From: Blastocladiella emersonii ATCC 22665
Lineage: Eukaryota; Fungi; Blastocladiomycota
NCBI GenBank assembly: GCA_025594325.1
Contig: JANHCV010000012.1
Coordinates: forward strand, 372,001-436,000
DNA length: 64,000 nt
Direction of reading: 5' to 3'
Part shown: positions 52,400 through 62,287 of the stretch, in pieces
Numbering within the stretch: position 1 is the first letter of the stretch
Layout: the number at the start of each line of letters is the position of its first letter
The notes under the pieces: model-generated
Database searches by the model: none
What the model was told of the DNA's origin: nothing
Seen by the model: the letters and a program-made list of their open reading frames with translations, nothing else
Position numbers and translations under genes: made by a program

Positions 52400-54491
52400 T
52401 TACATATTTCCCCAGAACTTGTCCGAGTTATCGTAATACGTTGGGAACAGAGGGAGGAGAAGGGCGCGTTTGAGCTCGCCTTTCATGACAACGAAGGACG
52501 CGGCGGTGGCCGAGGCAGTCCTCTCGCTTTTCTGCTGCGGGAATTCGTTGATGACAGGCTGCGAGTGATCGACCGATACGGCGTGACAGTAGTCGAGATA
52601 CTCGCCAATGGCTTCGCCGTGCGCCTCGAGCCGGGTGATCAAGGGAAAGCGTTGTTCGCAATGGTAAGCGTACGTCTTTTCGGCCGCATCGAGTAGCTTA
52701 CGCAGCCGTTGAACCTCAACGCGCTTGGCTGGGGAATCTGATTTGGCTGGGAGAGGCGGAAAGTACACGTAGCTGACATCAAGCGCGGGCGTGATACCTG
52801 CAGCGTTACCTTGCGGAGGAATCACGGCGGCGATGTGAAAGTAAATGACTGCTATCGGGCCGCGAGGTCCGCTGCCGTCGAGGCGCAGAAAACACACGCC
52901 GCCATGCTTGGTCGCGTAGTGGAACAGCTCGAGTACAAGCAATTTGAGCCCGACGGCGCTCCACGCACCAGCCCGGCCCGGTGGCGCTGGCCCGATTATA
53001 GTTGAGAAACCGCTTGCTGCAGTAGGAGCTTCCTCAAGTGTAAGCGTCTTGCCCCAGTACCTGAAAGCAGCCGTGACAAGGAAGGTGGAGACCCGCGGAA
53101 CGCGCTTGGGATCGGAAAATGACGCGAAACGGGGAATCAAGGGACCAAGGCCAAGCGCGGGAGCGACCGCAAGCCAGACCTTGCGGATAGTCACAATAGC
53201 AAGGTGGGCTTTGGCATCAACTGCGACTTTGGTCGCGTGCCCCGGGTACGGCAGCTGATACGTTTGCACCTTCCCATCAACAAGCAGCGCAACGGCTCCG
53301 CGGTACTGGACGAGATCGTGCTCGGGTACAAGCTTGATGGGAGTCTTGCCATGACTTCGGGGCAGTTTGAGTCTGAGCTCCGCATGGACGTCGCTCACGT
53401 CGCAGACGCTCAAGATGGCAAGGCACGCCAACGGTACACGAGCAGCAGCCCGTGATGCGGCTAACTGAGAAGCTGCACCAGCCGCGGATGCCATGATCCC
53501 ACGAAGCGCACACTGCATGTTGGCAAAGGAGTCCACGGTCATGACGACCGGGCTAGAATCGTTGGCATCGCAGCGCAGCTCGTCGCTGATTCGCACCCAC
53601 TCGACTTTCGCATCAGCGGGTTGGTGGTGCCCAAAAGCCGGGCACGCCCAGAGCGAGGCGTAGGCGGCTAGTACGTGTCGTGGTTCAGCATACCATTCCA
53701 CTTCGATGGTGCCACCAGTCTCGTCGTGCGAGTGGCGGATCGCATCGTAGTGTACGGTCTCGTCCTCCCATATACAGTGGACACGGATGACCGAGACGGA
53801 CGGCCCGTTCCACCAAGACTTCTCGCACGGTGCGCCGACAGTGCTTGCAGTCGCTATTGGTACACTCCGAGTGGGGCTCCTCGACGCCAGTCACCCGGCG
53901 GTGCTCGAGCGCGAGCGAGTCGAGCATGCGTCCACGCGCATCCACTTGCTCGGTTAGCTGACGAGGGGACTCGCCGAGCTTAAGCCAGCGCGACCAGCAA
54001 CCGCGGAGCGCCTGCAAAGTCTTTTCGTCGAGAACTTGCACTGGTGAAGCAGGAGAGAGCCAATCAAACTGGATGCACTTGCGAAGCAAATCCAAGCACT
54101 CAAAGTGCGAGTGCAGCTCGAGCTGTTCCGAGAACCACAGCTGACTCATCATGACGTAGAGTACCTCACGGTGCCGAATGGAGGCAAACATGAGTGCATG
54201 TAAGATGAGGAGCGAGCGGGCGATCGGCTCAGGGCGCAGGTCGCTGAGCGTGAAAGCCATGGCCGCGCGCGAGCCCTTGCGCCTTGCCTCCAAAAGCGTG
54301 TGCGCGACCGAGCGCAAGTCATGGAAGCCGCAGAGGAGCGCGCTCAGCTTCCGCTCACCGATTCCTGTGCCGTGGTAAAGAAAGACATCGGAGGCGCACG
54401 AGTCGCGGAACGGGTCGAAGCACTCCGCAGGGTCGGCGAGCAGGACTGACGCGCTCGTCTGCGTCGGCATAAAACAAGACGCTGAATTCAT
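52400..54491 (-). pseudogene. DUF4470-like gene split across two frames
   Basis: LLCGFHDLRSVAHTL, FTLSDLRPEPIARSLLIL, QLWFS resemble DUF4470; the second ORF is in another frame with no clear intron; no MYND finger seen. Confidence 0.5.
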
Positions 54492-54890
54492 TGCGACAAG
54501 TTATTTCATGTGTTTGCCATCAGCGGAGGTGAGCTGCGCAGGCCGAGCGGACCAGGAGGGCGACAAGGCGTTATGGGCCGTCGCGAAATCGTGTCGCGTG
54601 AGTGCTGCTCACATGATTTCTCGACGCGTCGCTCATCCCACCTGTCGTTGCGCCCTCGCAGTCCCTCCTTTTGCTGAACGTATCCGTTCGGCGCTAGGAT
54701 GCGGCTCAAGACCCGTGGTACCGCGGCTGATGGAGGTGGTGGGAATTGGTACAGCGGAGAATCAAGTCGACCAAAAATCAAAATACATTTGCGCGTTTAC
54801 GAATACGCAAGAGTGCCAAAGCTACACTCGTGAACAGGTCAAACCTTTGAGGAAGCAAAGGCGGCAGCGAACCAACACAGCGAAAGGAGG

Positions 54891-55502
54891 TTAATCGTTG
54901 ACGGCGGGCTTGCTCTCGCTGGCGTACTTGCCATGCCCGCGGCGGCCGCGGCCACGACGGCGGCGACGAGGCTGCTGTTGCTCTGGCTGCTCAGATTGCT
55001 GCGGCGACGACTGGCGCTGCGCCTGCTGCTGCTGTTGCTGCCGCGGCAGAACGCTCGCCGTGGTCTTGGCCTTAGCGAGGCGGTCTTGACGCTGGCGCCA
55101 CTCGTCGATGCGGGCGCACAGCGCCTTCATGCCCTTCTGCGACAGGAGCGGGAATTCGTCGCTGATGGGAATTCCGTTGACGTACGAGGTAATCGTCACA
55201 TTCTTTCCGTCCAGCAAAAAGGAAGTGTCACACGAGCGCACGAATTGCGGGCTGCCCGCGGCCGCCCCAATAACGGGCTTCCACAGGTAGGAGCTGATGC
55301 GTGCGCGAGACCACAGACCAGATCCGCATGATGAGCGCAACGCACTTGAGAGTAAATGCGAAACGGCGCCTTCCATGGTCATCGGTTTTTGACGACGTGT
55401 AATTAAACTACTGCTGCACCGCGTGCCCAGTTTTACGCTTCTCGGCCGCGTGCAATTCTTCTGGAAGTGTGAGACACGCAGCCAATTTGTACAGGACCAC
55501 AT
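54891..55502 (-). CDS. Possible small ORF or relic with Gln-rich and Arg/Gly-rich tail
   Basis: 203-aa ORF ending QQQQQQ..RRRRRGRGRRG; 5' part unconvincing, no homology recognised. Confidence 0.3.
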   Translation of the reverse strand: MWSCTNWLRVSHFQKNCTRPRSVKLGTRCSSSLITRRQKPMTMEGAVSHLLSSALRSSCGSGLWSRARISSYLWKPVIGAAAGSPQFVRSCDTSFLLDGKNVTITSYVNGIPISDEFPLLSQKGMKALCARIDEWRQRQDRLAKAKTTASVLPRQQQQQQAQRQSSPQQSEQPEQQQPRRRRRGRGRRGHGKYASESKPAVND

Positions 55503-55995
55503 TGAGACGCCCTTGACTTGATCGTCTGTGAGGCCAACGGCACTGTTTAGGACGTAACAAGATCCGGCAGAACAGATCTACTCCCTTGTCCATGTTCTCG
55601 AGCGCCTGCGCCGTCTGGTTTCTTGGCGGCACAGTCCCGTGTCAGCGTCACACGTGCACCGTCCCCATTCTGGTCGGACGGGCCCATGGCCGCGATAGGT
55701 TCATTGGCTGGACCATGTAGCGTTGCATCAAGTGCACTCGCCCACGGCTGGCTGCGACCGAGGAGCAGGGAGAGGAGGTCGACCGTCGCTCGCTGATCAG
55801 CGTGCGTGAGCGCCTCGCTTCGCTCAACCAGCAATTCAGCCACGCATGTGACCCTACTTCTCGCGTGTTGAGCTGCCAGTTCAGCAGCCCGTCGTCCCTG
55901 GCTCTCCCCTCCTGGCATGCGTACCGAGCTGAAGCAACCATGAAACCTAATGCAACCGCTCCCTTGTCGCGCAAAATGACCGAGGAGAAGATTAG

Positions 55996-56688
55996 CGCGT
56001 GTTGGGCGCCGCCGAGAACGCGGCCGCGTTCGGCACGTATCTCCGCCAACGCGAGCTGATCGTGCTCCACTTCCACACGGACGGGACGCGTTCGGGCCAC
56101 TTCTTTGGCGCGGCAGTCGCGTGGAAGGTCGGCGGCGCGAGCACCATCACGCTGTTCGACCCCGTGTGGGGCGACGACGCGGCGAAGCACGACGCGCTCA
56201 TGGACGACCTCACGGACCTGTTCACCGGCCTTCTCGGCCCGACGCATTCAGTCGCCCGCGTCAAAGTCGCAAGCAGCCACCCGCAAGCCGTGCCCGACTG
56301 CCTGCTGTACGTGCTGCAGTGCGGGCAGCACTACGGGTACCTCGCGGTGCAGGCGTCAGCCCGCGCGTCGCCCGAGGACAAGCACGTCAAGCACTTCCCT
56401 TTGGTCCGCCACGGCGACCTGTTTGGTGCGTTGGACGATTGGGTGCCGCCGCCGGGCGCCATGGACGGGCGAGAGCGGGTTTCACGTGCGGATTATGAGC
56501 AGTTTCCGGTTGGAGCCTTACCGCGCCGGCTCGCGGTGCTCACAGATGTAATGGTTCGTTTCTGCTGCTTGCCTGCCCAGGCACTCAGGCGGTGGGGAAC
56601 TGAGCTGGCCCGAACGTGTAGGGGTATGTGCGCACGCACATCGACGAACCCAACTTCTCAGCTGAGCCCGTTGATTTTGTGGGCATAA
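55996..56688 (+). CDS. Ulp1/SENP-like (CE clan, C48) cysteine protease domain, 5' end unresolved
   Basis: GHFF (His 56098), TLFDP (Asp 56158), HPQ (Gln 56284), PDCLLYVL (Cys 56299) in H-D-Q-C order with Ulp1-like spacing. Confidence 0.6.
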   Translation, partial: RVLGAAENAAAFGTYLRQRELIVLHFHTDGTRSGHFFGAAVAWKVGGASTITLFDPVWGDDAAKHDALMDDLTDLFTGLLGPTHSVARVKVASSHPQAVPDCLLYVLQCGQHYGYLAVQASARASPEDKHVKHFPLVRHGDLFGALDDWVPPPGAMDGRERVSRADYEQFPVGALPRRLAVLTDVMVRFCCLPAQALRRWGTELARTCRGMCARTSTNPTSQLSPLILWA

Positions 56689-56853
56689 TGATGGTACGCG
56701 CGGTCGTGCAGGTGGCATGGTTTGATCGCGTTTCGCTCACTTGTGTGTGCTCGCATCCAGGGAACGGTTCTTTGAGCAAACCCAAAGTAGTCTTTATATT
56801 GCAATTAATCGATCCATACACGCGTATATCTCATAAATACTCATCCTCTCTCC

Positions 56854-58103
56854 TCACCCGCGTGGCGACGGCGCCGGCGGCGCGAACGGATACTGCCCGT
56901 TGACCATCTCGGACGCGACGTAGACCGCCGCCCCATGCCGCGTGATGACGCACGGCGTGCGCGACTCGATGTGGTGCATGGCGATCCGCATCATCATGTC
57001 CGCGAACCCGGCGGGCTGGACCGCGTGCGAATTCGGCGGCGGTACGGCCTCGCTGATCGCGACACGCCCGTCGACCAGCACCTCGACGCGCACGTGGTGC
57101 GTCGCCGGGTCCTGCAGCACGTGGCGCGCCGCCGAAACGAACCACGGCTGCGGGACGGGCGCCGCGGGCGGCAGCAGCGGCGGGGGCGGTGCGTAGCTCG
57201 GACCCGTCCGCTGCGCGTGCATCTGCTCCTGCGCGTACTGTTCTGCGGCGATCGACTCGGCGATGGCACGGGCAGCTGCGGCCGTAGCGGGATCATAGTA
57301 TGGAGGGGGTGCGAGAGTATGCGGCGGGAGGGCGGCGCTCGTTGAGGGCGGAAGTGGCGGACCCGATGAGCTGGGCTCTGAGGACGACGGCGTGCGCATG
57401 TGCTGTAGGTTCTGCTGCTGCTGTTGAGGCGGCGGCGGGAGCACCTGGCCCTGCTGCTGGAGCTGGTGCGGCTGCAGCGGCGGCGGGACGACTCGGGGCG
57501 GCTGCTGTTGTTGCTGGAGCTGTTGCTGCTGCTGAGGGTACGTCTGCTGCTGCAGGGCCTGCTGCATCGGCATCGACGTCTGGAGCGGGGCCGAAGGCTG
57601 CTGCATCGCGGGCTGCGAGGTGACGGGCGGAGGCGCGCCGCGCGCCACGACAGTGATCTCGGAGCCGTCGCCGATCCCGTGCTATAGATTCCGCGGGGGT
57701 CAAGTGTGAGCGGAGGAAGGAGATCGGCACAGAAGTGTAACGTAGCTCACCTCCTGGATGGACGCGTTCGAGTTCGGGTTGAGCAGGGCGTTACGGTGGT
57801 AGTACTGCAGCGCGTCGACGGTCGTGTTCTTCTGCGCGGCAAAGGCGTGGGTGACCTTGGAGAGTTTGGTCGTTGCCTTGAGCTCGACGACTGTCAAGTA
57901 CGAGTGTGAGACAATGGGACGAGTCTCAAGCACAGCAAGCGGCGCGTACTCGTCTCCTCGCCCGTGGTCCCGTCGAGGAGGCGGACCTGCATCGGCGTGA
58001 CGGTCGCAGCCCCACTCGCACTACTCGCGCCGGCGCCAGCGGGGCTGCTGCCCGTGGTGTGCGGCGTGACCGATGCACCGAGTTGTTTTCCGTTTTGATT
58101 CAT
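56854..58103 (-). CDS. SUMO/Rad60-like ubiquitin-fold domain fused to a P/Q-rich linker and an unknown C-terminal domain
   Basis: Spliced QVRLLDGTTGEETIVELKATTKLSKVTHAFAAQKNTTVDALQYYHRNALLNPNSNASIQEHGIGDGSEITVV; introns 57891-57949 and 57682-57750. Confidence 0.75.
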
Positions 58104-58196
58104 GGGACGGTATCTATTGTGTGTGGCGGCGGAGAAGGGAGCGACGCGGCGCGCGCCTCAACCGAGACCGCGAGGGGTGACTCACGCAAATCATCA

Positions 58197-59924
58197 TTAC
58201 ACGACGAGCAGCTCGACCTTGCGCTGCCACCCACGGCCGGCGTACCGGTAGTACCCGACGAGCGTGGCGGCGCGCCGGCCCGCCATGCGCAGCGCGAACC
58301 ACACTGTCACGAACCCCGCGAGCCACAGCACCGTCCACGCGACGAGGTCCACGCGCAGCGGGCCCGCCTCGGACTGCGCGGCGGCGCAGTGCTGCTCGAA
58401 CCACGGGTCGGGGGTCCGCGATCCCGTGCTGGGAGCCGTGTGGTACGCCGTCGACAGGTACTCGGCGATCCCCGCAAGCGGCCGCCACGCCGTGTACACG
58501 GGGTTCCGCGCGCGGACGGGTGGCGTGTACTGCGTCCCACGCGCGTCGTGCAGGAACGCGGCGCGCGCCGGGTCGCGCAGCGCGGCGAGGATCGAGTTGG
58601 CGGTGACGGGTGCGCCGTCGGCGACGTTGATCACGGTCCACGCGTGCGCGGGTCCGCCGATTGCCGCAGAGTCGGCGCCGTTGCTCGCAGTCAGCAGCAG
58701 GTTCGCGCGCTTCCCGCGCGCCCACTGCGCGGTCGCGAGATCGAGCGCGGGACCCGAGGCGACCGTGAACCCGTCGACGCCCCACTCTACGAGCTGGTCG
58801 CGCGTCGGCGCGCGCTGCTGCGTCGCGTCGTCGTTAGCGGCCCACGTTCCGTAGTTGGCAATCGCAATCCCGCCGAGCGAGTGGGCGCGGGCGATCGCGG
58901 CGCGGATCTCGTCGTCGGTCGGGTCCCCCACCGCGGGTGCGGCGATGGTCTCGTTGACGCCGAGCAGCGACAGGCGCACGCGGCACGACGCGAACTCGAC
59001 GCCTGGGATGACAACAATGCGGCGGTCGCCGGTAGAAAACTCGGGGTCGTCGCGCGTGAGGGCCGCCGCAGCGAGCGCGCCGTCGACCGAGTTCGGGGAC
59101 GTGATGGCGACGGCCGAGTACCCGTTAGCGACGGCGAGGCGCAGGCGCTCGCGCGGGGACAGGCCCGCGGGCGGCGCCACCGCGGCGTGCAGGTCGAGCA
59201 GCACCGAGGTCGCGGTGAGCGCGACACTGGAGTTGAACAGTACGCCGAGCCCGCGCTTGCGCACGTCCGTGGACCATGCGAACGCCGCGTCAGGTTGGCG
59301 GGACGCAAACTCGGGCCCGCGGTACACGGAGCGCACGACCAGCGCGACGCCGATGACCATGGCGAGCACGGCGGCGGCGCGCAGGTACGCGAGGCCCGCG
59401 AGGGCGAGACACTGGCGCGTGCGGTCCGCGGCGGTCGGCCCGTGCGGCTTCTCGGGCGGGTCGGCCGAGTTGGCCACCGTGTGCGACAGGTGCGAGGATG
59501 CGGCGAGCGACGGGTTGCGCGCGCGCGGCTTGAGCTTCTCGTGCCCACCGCTGCCGCCGTGCAGCGTGGAGGAAGACGAACTTGGGCTGCGCGCGAGCTG
59601 GCTCCCCACCGCCGTTGGCGCGGGCGAGTACATGGGCGCGTCGCCCATGGGCAGCGACCGCACGGACCCCGTGTCGGTGAAGACGGTGAGCCGGTGCGCG
59701 GCGGGCGGCGTTCGCGGGGTACCGGCGCCGGGAACGCGCTGCAGCGGCACGTCGGCCATGGGCGTGCCCGCGGCGACCACGTCGACCGAGTAGGCCGGGA
59801 TCGCGGGCTGCCGCAGGTCAATCGACGACGGCGCGCCGGGGCGACGCGAGCCCGTGGCCATGGTGCGGAGTGATGCCGAGGCCGCGCTGGTGCGGCGTGT
59901 CGAGGCGGCGGCGTCTGTGTTCAT
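58197..59924 (-). CDS. Membrane-anchored PHP-domain-like protein with degenerate metal ligands
   Basis: LLDLH, LSP.ERL..A.ANG.SAVAIT, VIPGVE, IARAHSLGGIAIAN, LVEWGVDGF; one TM before and one after the domain. Confidence 0.7.
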   Translation of the reverse strand: MNTDAAASTRRTSAASASLRTMATGSRRPGAPSSIDLRQPAIPAYSVDVVAAGTPMADVPLQRVPGAGTPRTPPAAHRLTVFTDTGSVRSLPMGDAPMYSPAPTAVGSQLARSPSSSSSTLHGGSGGHEKLKPRARNPSLAASSHLSHTVANSADPPEKPHGPTAADRTRQCLALAGLAYLRAAAVLAMVIGVALVVRSVYRGPEFASRQPDAAFAWSTDVRKRGLGVLFNSSVALTATSVLLDLHAAVAPPAGLSPRERLRLAVANGYSAVAITSPNSVDGALAAAALTRDDPEFSTGDRRIVVIPGVEFASCRVRLSLLGVNETIAAPAVGDPTDDEIRAAIARAHSLGGIAIANYGTWAANDDATQQRAPTRDQLVEWGVDGFTVASGPALDLATAQWARGKRANLLLTASNGADSAAIGGPAHAWTVINVADGAPVTANSILAALRDPARAAFLHDARGTQYTPPVRARNPVYTAWRPLAGIAEYLSTAYHTAPSTGSRTPDPWFEQHCAAAQSEAGPLRVDLVAWTVLWLAGFVTVWFALRMAGRRAATLVGYYRYAGRGWQRKVELLVV

Positions 59925-60414
59925 GGCAGTGACAGTGGCGGTGGTGGAGAGAGAGGCGGTCCCGGTTCAGGGACCCGGCGAAGATGGCGGCGGCGTGCGG
60001 GGGCGAGAGAGAGCGGGCGGTCCGTGCGAGTGATGCGCCTGCTGATCAAGGCCGCCGCTGCTGTGGCGTCAAGCGCGGCCAACGTGGGAGCTCTCGGCAA
60101 CGGGTGGCCGCCCACTGAAGCGCGCCACGTGAGGCGACCGCCGCGCTCTCCCCTTTACAACGTCGGCCGCGCCTCACCAGCAACCGTCGCAAGCCATGAC
60201 AGCGTGGCCGATGCACCAAGTCGCCGGCTTGGTCGCCGCGGTGCCGGCCCGCGCGAGGTGGCGCTCGTCGGCGTGGCGTCGAGGCGCGTCGTCGTTCGGC
60301 GCACGTCAGCTGACGCTGCCCATCGCTGCTTGCGAAGCCGACACGGTCGACCCGTTTCTCCCCTCCTGCTGCATGCGCATCTCACGCAATCGAATGAAAT
60401 AACCGCATGCAACC

Positions 60415-61001
60415 ATGACCTCGAATACCGGCAACGTCGTCCTCGAGACCTCCATGGTGCGCGGCCCGGCCACTTCTCCCGCACGGCGGGACTGACGCTC
60501 GCCGACCTCTAGGGCCCGATCGTGTGCGAGCTGTACTGGGACCACGCCCCCAAGACGTGCAAGAACTTTTTCGAGCTGGCCAAGCGCGGCTACTACAACG
60601 GCGTCAAGTTCCACCGCATCGTCCCCAACTTTGTGATCCAGGGCGGCGACCCGACCGGCACCGGCCGCGGCGGCCAGTCCATCTACAACGGCAAGTTCGC
60701 CGACGAGATCCACCCGGACCTCAAGCACACGGGCGCAGGGATCCTGTCCATGGCCAACGCCGGGCCCAACACCAACGGATCTCAATTCTTCATCACGCTC
60801 GCACCGACCCCGTGGTTGAATGGCAAGCATAGCATCTTTGGCCGGGTCTCTTCGGGCATTTCCGTCGTGCAACGGATGAGCAGAGTCGAAACCGACGCCA
60901 ACGACCGCCCGCGCGTCGACGTCAAGATCATCTCCGCGCGCACCGTGTCGCCCGGTGACGAGGACGACGAGGGCGCAGCAGAAGAGCTCGTGGATGCATA
61001 A
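60415..61001 (+). CDS. PPIL1: Cyclophilin peptidyl-prolyl isomerase, PPIL1 type
   Basis: ELYWDHAPKTCKNF.EL..RGYY, FHRI, IQGGDPTGTGRGG, SMANAGPNTNGSQFFITL; intron 60457-60512. Confidence 0.96.
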
Positions 61002-61029
61002 ACTGACCGGATATATTCTCACCCTTCGC

Positions 61030-61717
61030 CTACTTGCGCTTCCACACCCCAATCTTCTCCTTGCCCGCGCGCGACTCGAAACTCTCGCACTCGCGCACCT
61101 CGACCTCCTCAAAGTTGTCGAGCAGCAGCGCGCGGTACCCGTCGACCGACTGCGGATACGGCGGGCCGTCGTCCTGGTCCTTGTCGACCAGCGGGTACAT
61201 GAGCGTCACCAGCGTCCCACCCGGCCGCACCACCTGCGCCACGCGCGCCGCCCACGCCCCGCGCAGCGACGGCGGCAGCGCGCACAGGAACGTGTAGTCG
61301 TACATGGCGTCGAACTGCGGCACCGCGTCCGCGGGCTGGCTCGCGTCCAGGTCGTGCTCCGTGAACGCAAAGAAATCGGCGCACACGAACCGCGCGGTCG
61401 GCGGGATCGACCCGGCGTGCTTTTCGAGGCAGGCGGCCACGGCCGTCGGGCTGATGTCCACGCCGTACGCGACGCGGTCCGCCGACGCCAGCGCGAGCAC
61501 GTCGTACCCGCCGCCGCACCCGGGGACCAGCACGCGGCCCGTCGGGATCCGCCCCGCGGCGAGGAGGGCGACGAGCGCGGGCGCCGGCGTGCCGTGGTCC
61601 CACGGCGTGTTGGACGCCTGCCACTTGGAGTCCCAGACTAGCCGTGAGAGGAGCAGGGTGAGCGCGTTGCACCAGGTGAAAGGGGATCGAGGTGCTTACA
61701 TTCTTTGCCAGCGTTCA
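61030..61717 (-). CDS. Thiol/halide S-methyltransferase (TPMT/HOL family)
   Basis: FWDSKW....PWDHG.P.PAL, VLVPGCGGGYD, YDYTFLCALPP..R..WA; intron 61638-61699. Confidence 0.92.
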
Positions 61718-62287
61718 TGGTGGGCGATCGTCAAGGAGAGCGAGCGTTGGGGACGGGCGCCGTGGCTGGCTTTTGTACGCTGCACGATCGGGCAAACACG
61801 GGGCGGCTGAACCCGCGAGTTAGCACCAGCCGATGACAGGCGCGTCGGCGGTGGCGGCCGATTGGTCGCTTCGACGCCACGCGGGTGTCTCGCGGAGCTG
61901 AAACGCGACGCGTCGGATCGGCGTGCTTCCCGACGCGTCGAGCGCGGTCGCCCACAACAAAGCTCTTCTCCCAACTCCACACAGGCTGCAACGCAGACGA
62001 ATGGAAGCTTGCCACTAAATGCACTGGCCGCGGTGCGCCACGTCGTTGCTCGGATGGTCGCGCTGGCAGCCAACGACGCAGTAATTTAATCATTGCTGGG
62101 CCGTTCGCAAGTCGATGCCCTGCACAGCTTCGAGGACGCGCTTGTCTGAGCGTCTCGCGGGATGAAACACAATCAATGCCTTGGATGCTCACGTGAACTG
62201 GTGGAATGCAGTCCTGTCTTGGTCTGCCTTGCAGTGAATGCTCGTTCGCCCAGGCGCTTCCTCTCCCACTTCACGCTACGGTAACCG

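Noticed and set aside
55330-55632. Possible dsRBD-like fragment (HAVQQ*FNYTSSKTDDHGRRRFAF)
   Set aside because: Interrupted by a stop and the resemblance is too weak to call
46400-56700. Starship/Maverick/Zisupton autonomous element
   Set aside because: No tyrosine recombinase, integrase, polB or KDZ transposase motif recognised and no boundary repeats found
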